Source: Synechococcus elongatus PCC 6301
GTDB taxonomy: Bacteria; Cyanobacteriota; Cyanobacteriia; Synechococcales; Synechococcaceae
NCBI RefSeq assembly: GCF_000010065.1
Contig: NC_006576.1
Location: 1,770,001 to 1,802,000, forward strand
Direction: 5' to 3'
Length of the DNA stretch: 32,000 bases
Shown: piece by piece, positions 1 to 10,666 of the stretch
Layout: each line of letters starts with the position of its first letter
Position numbering within the stretch: position 1 is the first letter of the stretch
Made by a program: the position numbers and the translations under genes
Notes under the pieces: model-generated
Told to the model about the DNA's origin: nothing
Database searches by the model: none
Seen by the model: the letters and a program-made list of their open reading frames with translations, nothing else

Positions 1-2
1 GC

Positions 3-83
3 CTTTACGAGCGCGACTTCGAGCACCCGTTGTCTTCCTCGGAACCGCGATCGCGGTCGAAGCTGTCTATGATCGAAAAGTGA
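3..83 (+). CDS. Possible C-terminal end of a CDS starting before the window (LYERDFEHPLSSSEPRSRSKLSMIEK*)
   Basis: Open frame from the window edge to a TGA at 81-83; too short to identify. Confidence 0.25.
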   Translation, partial: LYERDFEHPLSSSEPRSRSKLSMIEK

Positions 84-198
84 TCTTTAACCTCTTCTTC
101 CAAATCTGAGCTGCTAACTTTTGGCAAGCTCAAGAAAAGATGAGAGGCCTGACCACGCAAGGTCCGATACTCTATCGACGGTGCAGGGGGGGAGCACA

Positions 199-450
199 AT
201 GTTGCAGGATACAGATACCGTTCGCCACTATCAGCGGCTGACCGACGCCATGGTGCAATTGTGGGAGCGTGGTTATCGGCCTGATGACATTCGCCTCTAC
301 ATCGAAGGCTACTTGGCCGCCCTGCGCCAAAACGGCAGCATTGAAGCCTTTTGGCTGCACCGCCTCGAAGAGCAGGTGATTCGTTTCCTTTACGATCCCT
401 CCAACTTTGAGGTCTATCCCTACCCGCAAGCCCAACGCGATCGCTACTAA
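199..450 (+). CDS. Small conserved cyanobacterial protein of unknown function (MLQDTDTVRHYQRLTDAMVQLWERGYRPDDIRLYIEGYLAAL...), possibly DUF6761
   Basis: ORF 121-450 with internal ATG at 199 preceded by a purine-rich stretch (gggggggagcaca); plausible compact helical protein; family name from memory. Confidence 0.7.
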   Translation: MLQDTDTVRHYQRLTDAMVQLWERGYRPDDIRLYIEGYLAALRQNGSIEAFWLHRLEEQVIRFLYDPSNFEVYPYPQAQRDRY

Positions 451-618
451 ATTCAGCTGCGCTGATCGACACGAATGTTGCCCATCTTCTAGAGCTGGCT
501 TGAAGGCGGAAACAGTGCCTATTGCTATTCAGCTCGTGGGGGTCAGTCTTTGGTCACTGCTGCATCGGGACGAATTCCTATCGATAATGCAAGGGCAGGG
601 TCTGGATTTAGGTTGCGC

Positions 619-1317
619 ATGGATCGACAGCAACAGCTTCGTCGCCTTCAGGGAGGTCTGATTGTTTCCTGTCAGGCACCTGCGGATTCTCCCCTGCATC
701 AGCCAGAGATCATTGCCGCGATCGCAGTCGCAGCAGTTCAGCGTGGAGCTGTGGGCATTCGCTTGGATACGCCTGAACATGTGCGTGCCGTGCGCGATCG
801 CCTACCGGAAACACCAATTATTGGCCTCTGGAAACGTACCTTTCCCGATAGCTCGGTCTACATTACGCCCCGCTACGTCGAAGCAGAAGCGATCGCGGCG
901 GCCGGAGCCGACATTGTTGCCTTGGATTGCACCCTGCGCCCCCGCCCGGATGGCGAGGATTTTTGCCAAATCATTCCGCGCCTTCAGCAAGAACTCGGCT
1001 GTGCCGTGATGGCCGACATCGACACTCTAGAAGCAGCGATCGCGGCTGCCAAGGCAGGAGCTGATTTAGTCGGAACCACGCTCTACGGCTACACGGAAGC
1101 TACTCAGGGGCAAACCCCGCCGGGCTGGGATCTGTTAGAGACCGCCGCTCAACAATTGCCCAATACACCCGTGATCTGCGAAGGGGGAATTGCCAGTGCT
1201 CAAGCTGCCCGCCAAGCCTGCGATCGCGGCGCGTTTGCGGTTGTTGTCGGAACGGCGATTACAGGCATTGATCTGCAGGTCCAAGCCTACGTGACAGCTC
1301 TCAATGCAAGGCCCTAG
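619..1317 (+). CDS. nanE: N-acetylmannosamine-6-phosphate 2-epimerase
   Basis: ORF 550-1317; TIM-barrel protein with GLIVSCQAPADSPL, VGIRLDTPEHVRAVR, PIIGLWKRTFPDSSVYITP, ADIDTLEAAIAAAKAGADLVGTTLYGYT, VICEGGIAS typical of NanE. ATG at 619 fits the usual family start better than 550. Confidence 0.9.
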   Translation: MDRQQQLRRLQGGLIVSCQAPADSPLHQPEIIAAIAVAAVQRGAVGIRLDTPEHVRAVRDRLPETPIIGLWKRTFPDSSVYITPRYVEAEAIAAAGADIVALDCTLRPRPDGEDFCQIIPRLQQELGCAVMADIDTLEAAIAAAKAGADLVGTTLYGYTEATQGQTPPGWDLLETAAQQLPNTPVICEGGIASAQAARQACDRGAFAVVVGTAITGIDLQVQAYVTALNARP

Positions 1318-1413
1318 ATTGTCACTCAGATTATCTTCAAGGGGGACCCCCCCGCGCTAGGATGCTTTAGCCCTTGGTTGTTGGGCAAGCTTTTTCGGTA
1401 AGAGGATCCGTCG

Positions 1414-3959
<2,546 letters not shown>

Positions 3960-4047
3960 ATACTCCTCTGAGTGAGCCCTCCTGCCTGCAAGCTGAAGTG
4001 AACAGTCTTGGCACTGTTCAGCCAAATTGAAGAGGCGATCGCGGCGC

Positions 4048-5481
4048 ATGAATCAGAAGCTGAGTCGGTACCCTAAATCCTCTTGGGCTTATGTGGTGAT
4101 CGCTTGTCCGATCGCGATCGCGCTAATTTTCAGCAGCCCTGTCAAAGCGAAGCTACCGCTGGGCGATCGCCTGACCTGGGGAAATGCCGTCACAGAAACT
4201 AGCCCTGCTTACCGACAGGCACTCAACCAAGCGAAGACCTTTCGGATGCCGGCTGAATTTGAACCGATCACCTCAATTTGGATGGCCTATCCAACCTACG
4301 AAAACCAGGCGGGTTATCCTTCTCAGACTGTTCAGAAGGCGATGGTAAAAGCGATCGCACCAACAGTCAAAATTGACTTTCTTCTGAATGAACCTGAAGA
4401 AAAAGTGATCATCAATGGTTGGCTCAAAACCGCAGGGATTCCAGCTAGTCAAGTCCGCTATCATTTGGTTCCCCATGAGGATCTCTGGATTCGAGATATG
4501 GGGCCAATCTTTGCGGTAAATGCTGATCAAACTCAAGTCGTTGATTTTGGTTTTAATGCTTGGAGTTATCTCGCAGCAACTGATCCAGCAGCAATGACAG
4601 ATGAACAGGTTGATCGCAAGGTCGCTGGTGATCTTGATCTTCCTATCTTGCGATCGAGCTTGATTAGTGAGGGTGGTAATCGGGAATTTAATGGTAAAGG
4701 CACATTGATGCTGACCGAAGCCGTTGAGCTACAGCGCAATCCAGGACTAACTAAGGAGAAGATTGAAACTGAACTCAAACGAGTCTTCAATCTCAAGAAA
4801 GTGATTTGGCTTCAGGAAGGTGTAATTGACGATGAACTGTCTTATCGTGGCAAGTTGCCAGATGGGAGCCTGACAGTGCTTGCAACGGGTGGTCATATTG
4901 ATGAGTATGCGCGGTTTGTTGATTCAAATACAATTTTATTGGCGGAAGTGACCGCAGAAGAAAGAGCTTCCGATCCGCTAGCAGCTATTAATTATCAACG
5001 GCTCGAGGAGAACTTAAAAATTCTGCAGGCTGCGACCGATCAGGATGGCAAGCCCTTCCGAATTGTTCGGATTCCTGCAGCTAAACCCATTTACGTGAAC
5101 ATGACTAAAGAGGATGCTGTCTTTCAAGCTCTGCAAGAACTCACCTTTGAAGATGGAACAGTCATTCAAGATGACGATCAGATCAAAACAATTTTGGCGG
5201 CTAGCTATCTCAACTTTGTGATCGCCAATGATGTTGTGATTGTCCCAAGATACTGGCAGCCCGATCGCAATTTGGAATATCAGCAAAAAGACCAAGCTGC
5301 CTTAGCTGCTTTTCAGTCGGTATTCCCCAACAAAAAGATCGTGGCGATCAATCCGGAAAATATCAATGCTGGGGGTGGGGGTATGCATTGCATCGTTCAG
5401 CAGCAAGCCGTGGTGGATGCAGTAGCTCGATCCCTCAGCACTGGGGCTGGCGATCGATCCAAGAGTAGAAGCAACCTATAA
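4048..5481 (+). CDS. Agmatine deiminase / peptidyl-arginine deiminase family protein with predicted N-terminal export signal
   Basis: ORF 4027-5481 (ATG options at 4027 and 4048). Catalytic motifs EDLWIRDMGPIF, GGHIDEYARFVD, GGGGMHCIVQQQ; N-terminus SRYPKSSWAYVVIACPIAIALIFSSPVKAK resembles a Sec signal peptide. Confidence 0.88.
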   Translation: MNQKLSRYPKSSWAYVVIACPIAIALIFSSPVKAKLPLGDRLTWGNAVTETSPAYRQALNQAKTFRMPAEFEPITSIWMAYPTYENQAGYPSQTVQKAMVKAIAPTVKIDFLLNEPEEKVIINGWLKTAGIPASQVRYHLVPHEDLWIRDMGPIFAVNADQTQVVDFGFNAWSYLAATDPAAMTDEQVDRKVAGDLDLPILRSSLISEGGNREFNGKGTLMLTEAVELQRNPGLTKEKIETELKRVFNLKKVIWLQEGVIDDELSYRGKLPDGSLTVLATGGHIDEYARFVDSNTILLAEVTAEERASDPLAAINYQRLEENLKILQAATDQDGKPFRIVRIPAAKPIYVNMTKEDAVFQALQELTFEDGTVIQDDDQIKTILAASYLNFVIANDVVIVPRYWQPDRNLEYQQKDQAALAAFQSVFPNKKIVAINPENINAGGGGMHCIVQQQAVVDAVARSLSTGAGDRSKSRSNL

Positions 5482-5603
5482 GAACGCCCATCTAGCCCTC
5501 AGAAGCTTAAGCCGCAACAAGCTTTCGTCATAAACCTTACTCAATATGGGAAGATGACAGGCAGATATTGTGCTTTTTAGTCCCAGCGAAGCTGGATCTG
5601 TCA

Positions 5604-6878
5604 ATGAACCTAAACCTCAGCACTCCGAGTGACGTTATTGTGGCTGAGGCTCTCAAGCGCTTCTCTAAACGAGAACTAGCTAAGCACCTCGGGAAAGATC
5701 CCCGTATCATCACTGCTTTTCAGAGAGACGGAGTGGATGAGACTTACAAAATGGCTCTGCTTTACCTTCTGCAGAGCAACACTCCTCGTCCTAATCAAGG
5801 TAAAAAGCATGACTTTACTTTCATAGATCTGTTTGCTGGTATTGGCGGAACTCGGATGGGTTTCGAACGTGCCGGTGGAAAATGTGTATTCACGTCAGAG
5901 TGGGATACCTCTGCCCAAAAAACCTATCGAGCTAATTTCTCAGTTGATGAGCATCCCATCATCGGTGATATTCACGAGATTACAGTCGAAGGAAAATGGG
6001 ATCTCTTACCAGAGCATGACGTTCTTGTAGCTGGATTCCCTTGTCAGCCGTTTTCTATCGCCGGTGTCAGCAAGAAAAACTCGCTTGGAAGGGCTCATGG
6101 CTTTGCATGTGATGCTCAAGGCACACTCTTTTTTGATATCGCAACCATTATTGAAAGAAGACGACCCAAGGCCTTTTTGTTAGAAAATGTCAAAAACCTA
6201 ATGAGTCATGACAAGGGAAACACTTTTCGTGTTATCAAGAATGTTCTTGAGGATGAGCTTGGCTATAAGATTTACCCAAAAATAATTGATGCAAAAGGGT
6301 TTGTCCCTCAACATAGAGAACGTATCTATATTGTTGGCTTCCGAGAAGAGGTTGGCTTCAACTGGGATTCTTTCTCGCAGCCGCCTACTGATACAAAATG
6401 CATGGCCGACATCCTTCATCCTAATGATGGCAGCGAGGAAGTTGAGGAACCTTATACAGTTGGGATAGAGGCTAAAGTTAATGACAAATATACCCTAAGC
6501 GATAAGCTCTGGAATTACTTGCAAAACTATGCGAATAAACATCGAGCGGCTGGCAACGGCTTTGGTTTTGGTCTTGTCAACAAGGACAGTATTGCCCGGA
6601 CTCTTTCTGCTAGGTACTACAAGGATGGATCTGAGATCTTGGTTGATCAAGGCAAGGATAAGAATCCGCGACGCCTAACCCCTCGAGAATGCGCCCGTTT
6701 AATGGGCTTTGATAGTTCTGAGCATAAGTTCAACATCGTTGTTGCTGACACACCAGCCTACAAACAATTTGGAAACTCAGTTGTAGTACCGGTCATTACT
6801 GAAATTGCTCACACCATGAAGCCGAGCATAATACAACTAAAGGAGAGATATATTCGGCAAATTTCATTAGCCATCTAA
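5604..6878 (+). CDS. DNA (cytosine-5-)methyltransferase, with N-terminal HTH-like segment
   Basis: ORF 5568-6878; motifs DLFAGIGGTRMGFERAGG (I), GFPCQPFSIAG (IV, catalytic PCQ), LLENVKNL (VI), QHRERIYIVGFR (VIII), RRLTPRECARLMGF (IX), QFGNSVVVPV (X). N-terminus SKRELAKHLGKDPRIITAFQRDG is HTH-like. Confidence 0.95.
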   Translation: MNLNLSTPSDVIVAEALKRFSKRELAKHLGKDPRIITAFQRDGVDETYKMALLYLLQSNTPRPNQGKKHDFTFIDLFAGIGGTRMGFERAGGKCVFTSEWDTSAQKTYRANFSVDEHPIIGDIHEITVEGKWDLLPEHDVLVAGFPCQPFSIAGVSKKNSLGRAHGFACDAQGTLFFDIATIIERRRPKAFLLENVKNLMSHDKGNTFRVIKNVLEDELGYKIYPKIIDAKGFVPQHRERIYIVGFREEVGFNWDSFSQPPTDTKCMADILHPNDGSEEVEEPYTVGIEAKVNDKYTLSDKLWNYLQNYANKHRAAGNGFGFGLVNKDSIARTLSARYYKDGSEILVDQGKDKNPRRLTPRECARLMGFDSSEHKFNIVVADTPAYKQFGNSVVVPVITEIAHTMKPSIIQLKERYIRQISLAI

Positions 6879-7074
6879 AAGCTTGATTGTTTATGGCGTT
6901 TTGATATCTGTTGAGCCAAATACTACCATTCAGTTAGTGCGAAAGCATTTTACTGTATACAGACTTGAAAGCTATGTAAAGAAAGTGCCAAAATAAGCCC
7001 AGCAACAATCTAAACGAAATACAAATAACTTCATTGAATAATCATGACCAAAAAGCTTTTGGCAATTTAAACCT

Positions 7075-8163
7075 CTAATTCTCATGACGTTGTAGGTACC
7101 TAGGTAGATTTCCACTGCGAGAGAAGTTACACATGTCGTCAATGAATCTAGATAAAGGACGATAAAGCATATCTTGCCTCCGTGTTGTCTGTATTATGCT
7201 GTTAGCAGATAATGCTTCATAAGTTACATCTGGCATGTATATTGCCAGCGGACCAGCTGCTAGAAGTGTCTGTGTTCGATCTGGATTAAACTCATCGGGA
7301 TCCAAGAAAAAGCCGACTGCAACCTTATCTGGATGGGGAATGTCCTGAATACCTCTTAGCAGTCTTTCTCGAGCCGCATAACTTTTCACTTCGCAGTAAA
7401 GAATTTTTGTAGAATTTTGTGCTCGACATTCTACTTGGAGGTCACCTTCACTGTTATTTCCTGTCTTTTTGAAATTCTGACCCAGAACCATCCCAGCGTT
7501 TTCTAGACCGCGAATGAGTATTTTTTCGTTTATCCCTCCAGCTCTGGAGATAATGCCATTGTCAGACTCATGTACAAAGTCGACATAATTCTCGTAGAGG
7601 GAATTGATTAGTTGATTTTTGGAAACCCTAATCGTTTGCCCATCTTCTTCAAGATAACTCTGAAGAAGCCCCTCGATAAACTTATAGTGCTTCGGCTTCG
7701 TAATAGCATCTATAGTCCGCTTACAATGAGCATTGATTTCGAATAAGTTTTCTCCGGTCACCAAACCAATTTCTGTCTCTGCCAAAGCAACGACTGTCTC
7801 TGCTTTAGGATAAAAGCCAATTATCCTAGGAATATCATTAGGATATTGGTGAAGGTGTTCTCTTAGATAATTATCAACTGTTCCAGGCGTTACCTTGAAG
7901 AGGTTATAGATATCCTCGACATCTATTGCTCCAATATTTTCCGCTAAAAAGCTAGAAATTTCCTCAGAATAATTAACTGGATATACTCCAGTCACTTTGG
8001 CTTTTGCATTCGGATTCGCATCGAGATAGTTCTTTAGATGCTTCCTTACTGTTCCTTGGCTGACATTAAAAAGTTCATAGATATCCTTAGCATGAACAGG
8101 TTCATCATGTGTTCTTAGAAACGTGGCAATTTTTTGTGCATAGTCATAACGAGTTCTAGACAT
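7075..8163 (-). CDS. Predicted PD-(D/E)XK restriction endonuclease-like protein with tandem N-terminal HTH-like repeats
   Basis: Convergent with the adjacent 5mC methyltransferase; C-terminal half has SEGDLQVECRAQNSTKILYCEVKSYAARERLLRGI, matching a D-(X)n-E-X-K nuclease pattern; N-terminal half has two clear repeats (KDIYELFNVSQGTVRKHLKNYLDANPN.../EDIYNLFKVTPGTVDNYLREHLHQYPN...). Confidence 0.7.
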   Translation of the reverse strand: MSRTRYDYAQKIATFLRTHDEPVHAKDIYELFNVSQGTVRKHLKNYLDANPNAKAKVTGVYPVNYSEEISSFLAENIGAIDVEDIYNLFKVTPGTVDNYLREHLHQYPNDIPRIIGFYPKAETVVALAETEIGLVTGENLFEINAHCKRTIDAITKPKHYKFIEGLLQSYLEEDGQTIRVSKNQLINSLYENYVDFVHESDNGIISRAGGINEKILIRGLENAGMVLGQNFKKTGNNSEGDLQVECRAQNSTKILYCEVKSYAARERLLRGIQDIPHPDKVAVGFFLDPDEFNPDRTQTLLAAGPLAIYMPDVTYEALSANSIIQTTRRQDMLYRPLSRFIDDMCNFSRSGNLPRYLQRHEN

Positions 8164-8303
8164 ATCTGAGCATTAAAACGTTTGGAAGAGTCTAGGCGCC
8201 AAAAACGGACTTGTCAATGGCTAAGCTAGAACTATTTGAATAGATATCGATTGTCCACTTCACACAACACGAAAGTGCTTGTGGCTTTATCCAATTTAAG
8301 AAC

Positions 8304-8389
8304 GGAGAGGGTGGGATTCGAACCCACGTCGGCTGTTACCCCGAACCTCATTTCGAGTGAGGCGCATTCGACCACTCTGCCACCTCTCC
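8304..8389 (-). tRNA. tRNA-Ser (anticodon CGA)
   Basis: Reverse complement GGAGAGGTGGCAGAGTGGTCGAATGCGCCTCACTCGAAATGAGGTTCGGGGTAACAGCCGACGTGGGTTCGAATCCCACCCTCTCC: 7-bp acceptor stem, anticodon stem CCTCA/TGAGG with loop CTCGAAA, long variable arm, GGTTCGAATCC T-arm. Confidence 0.96.
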
Positions 8390-8426
8390 AGGTGCTTAGC
8401 CATCTTACAACCGAACCCCCTCAGAA

Positions 8427-10601
8427 TCAAAGCAGTCCGGGGCGAGCCTGTTGGGCGATCGCTGGTTGTAAGGATCCCCTAAGACTCCAACGCCAAGCTT
8501 GGTGGCGTGTGCGTCCATTGGGCTGCAGGGCTGGGGTGTCGCTTGTATGCATGCCGGTTGGAGCACTACTGCTGCTGATCCAGCCTTGAATCTGGCCGGA
8601 CTGTAACCAGCCCTGAGGGAGGCGATCGCTGGCTGACCAAAGCCAAGTTTGAGGCGGTAACGGCGGCAAATCCTGCGAACTCCAGCGATCGCTGCCGCGT
8701 TGAAATAGCCAGAGCCACTGCTCGCCCTGCCAGCTCAGTTGCCAGAGGTTGGGCGTGCGACTTAGCCACTCTAATTTCAGGTTGGGCCATTGGATCGTTT
8801 GCCCTGGTTGCAGGCTTTGGCTACTGAAAATCTGACGAATCGGCCATTGCTCCTGAACGGTACAGCGATCGCTCAGCTGCAAGACCCAGTCCAGTTGATT
8901 GATGCCCTGTTGTTCTAGGTAAGGCTGGAGATCCCAACGTAAGCTGCGATCGCTCGCTCCGCAGACTAAACCCACCTGACCGCGATCGCGCACGACAGCC
9001 AAGGGTCCATCACTGTTCAAAAACAGAATTTCCTGCTGGGTCGCTGCTTGCGCCAGTCCTGGCAGCAAGACGATCGCAATCAACGCCACGGCCAGCGATC
9101 GCCAGCGGCGGCGCAGTCGAGGCCAAGTCAGCAGCAGTGCATAACTGAGATAGCAGAGCAGCACAACAATCAGCGCAATCTGTCCAGTTGCCCAAGTTGC
9201 CCCAGGCAGATTGGCGATCGTACTGACTAGGCTAATCAGCAGCCAGAGTGGCGCGCTAAGCAGCCAAGCTGCGACACTCCCAAGTGGCAGCCAAATCAGC
9301 GAGAGCAGACCGGCCCATACGCCGCCCATCCCCAAACTTGCTAAGAGCGGTGTGACCAGCACATTCGCGGGAATCGCGTAGGGCGAGAGGGTGCCAAAGG
9401 CGTGCAGTTGTAGCGGTAGCGTCCAGAGTGTGGCGGCCAGTGGCACGGCAATCAGGATGGCCAGTCGAGGGGGTAGCCAGTCCAAGCGATCAGTAATAGG
9501 ACGAACACTGACGACCAGCCCCAAGGTCGCCAGAAAGCTGAACTGAAAGCCGAGATCCTCAATCCAGAGTGGTTGCCAGAGCAGCAGCGCGGTCGCGACC
9601 AGTAACAAGGTCGGTAAGGTCTGGGGCGATCGCTGACGCAACAGTGCCCAGAGCTGAATTTCGCCCATCAAGAACGCCCGCAACAGCGATGCAGAACTGC
9701 CTGCAATGCCGAGAAAACTGATCAGCGTGAGGGTACCGATCGCGGCTTGCCAACGGGGCGAGAGGCCCCGGCAACAGGCCAAGGTCAATCCCAGGAGCAA
9801 GGCTACCTGAAAGCCAGAAGCAGCCGTCGCATGAGCCAAACCACAACGCAGAAAATCCTCAGGAAGGTTGCCTGGTAGTCGTGCCAAGCCGTTGCCAAAG
9901 CTCAGGGCGGCCAGCGCTGAGCCTTGATCGGAACCTAAGCCTTGCTGAAAGGCAGCCAAAATACGGCGACGCACCGGCTCGAGGCTCCAGAGCGGCGGAT
10001 TGTCTTCCTTGAGCAGTTGCCCCCGAAATTCACTAAAAATCGACTGACGTTGGAGATAGCGTTGGCGATCGAAACCGGCAGGATTGCGCGGCGCTTGGAG
10101 CGATCGCAATTCCCCTTCCAACACCACGGTCTGACCGGGTTGTAATCCTGTGACAGCTTGGGTCAAGCGAACCGCAACCTGTCCTTGCAGCCCTTGGCTG
10201 GGGGGCAACCTCAGCTCAGTTTCGGCAGGATTGGGCGACCAGGTTTGCGCCGTCAGCGTGAAGGATTGGCCGTTGGTTTGTAGACGTGGGCGATCGCTGA
10301 TCGTTCCGACTAAAACACCTGACCCTTGATCAGCCCAGCGGCTAATGTCTGTGGCACTCGGTGTCGGTAAGCGTAGGTAAAACCAAAAGCCGGCGGCGTA
10401 AAGCGCGATCGCTGCCCAAAGCCAGAAGCGCAAGGGGATGCGGCGCTGACTTTTGCGGGGCAAGCAGGGATAGCCACCGATCGCGATCGCGGCCCAGAGG
10501 AGGCCAGCAAAGACCCAGCCGACGGGCAAAGGCGACTGGCTGGCGAGAAAGAAGCCCGCGATCGCAAAAGCACAGCAGAGATAGACTGCCGTGGGTGCCA
10601 T
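8427..10601 (-). CDS. comEC: ComEC/Rec2-family DNA internalisation protein (competence), divergent C-terminal domain
   Basis: ORF 8427-10613 (internal ATG at 10601). Multi-TM protein; DRPRLQTNGQSFTLTAQTW and VLEGELRSLQAPRNPAGFDRQRYLQRQSIFSEF are ComEC N-terminal features; ALSFGNGLARLPGNLPEDFLRCGLAHATAASGFQVALLLG is the competence-domain signature. Confidence 0.88.
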   Translation of the reverse strand: MAPTAVYLCCAFAIAGFFLASQSPLPVGWVFAGLLWAAIAIGGYPCLPRKSQRRIPLRFWLWAAIALYAAGFWFYLRLPTPSATDISRWADQGSGVLVGTISDRPRLQTNGQSFTLTAQTWSPNPAETELRLPPSQGLQGQVAVRLTQAVTGLQPGQTVVLEGELRSLQAPRNPAGFDRQRYLQRQSIFSEFRGQLLKEDNPPLWSLEPVRRRILAAFQQGLGSDQGSALAALSFGNGLARLPGNLPEDFLRCGLAHATAASGFQVALLLGLTLACCRGLSPRWQAAIGTLTLISFLGIAGSSASLLRAFLMGEIQLWALLRQRSPQTLPTLLLVATALLLWQPLWIEDLGFQFSFLATLGLVVSVRPITDRLDWLPPRLAILIAVPLAATLWTLPLQLHAFGTLSPYAIPANVLVTPLLASLGMGGVWAGLLSLIWLPLGSVAAWLLSAPLWLLISLVSTIANLPGATWATGQIALIVVLLCYLSYALLLTWPRLRRRWRSLAVALIAIVLLPGLAQAATQQEILFLNSDGPLAVVRDRGQVGLVCGASDRSLRWDLQPYLEQQGINQLDWVLQLSDRCTVQEQWPIRQIFSSQSLQPGQTIQWPNLKLEWLSRTPNLWQLSWQGEQWLWLFQRGSDRWSSQDLPPLPPQTWLWSASDRLPQGWLQSGQIQGWISSSSAPTGMHTSDTPALQPNGRTRHQAWRWSLRGSLQPAIAQQARPGLL

Positions 10602-10666
10602 GGATCCATCCACAAACGCTGTTGTTTAGGAAGCCCACGCCAGTGCAAAGAGTTGCGATCGCGAAT

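Larger units (their letters stand above)
5482..8303. mobile_element. Putative horizontally acquired restriction-modification island adjacent to the 3' side of tRNA-Ser (no integrase or direct repeats seen)
   Basis: Noticeably AT-richer than flanks, no GCGATCGC/CGATCG seen by eye within it, contains an R-M-like pair, abuts the 3' end of a tRNA gene. No recombinase visible. Confidence 0.45.

Noticed and set aside
5-472. 155-aa minus-strand ORF at the left edge
   Set aside because: Overlaps the more plausible plus-strand small gene (199-450); composition is not protein-like.
8236-8589. 117-aa plus-strand ORF spanning the tRNA-Ser region
   Set aside because: Contains the reverse complement of the tRNA (the ERVGFEPTSAV translation artefact commonly seen across tRNA genes) and overlaps comEC.
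9048-9230. Short plus-strand ORFs inside comEC and pilQ regions
   Set aside because: Short, antisense, no ribosome-binding site or domain; background ORFs.
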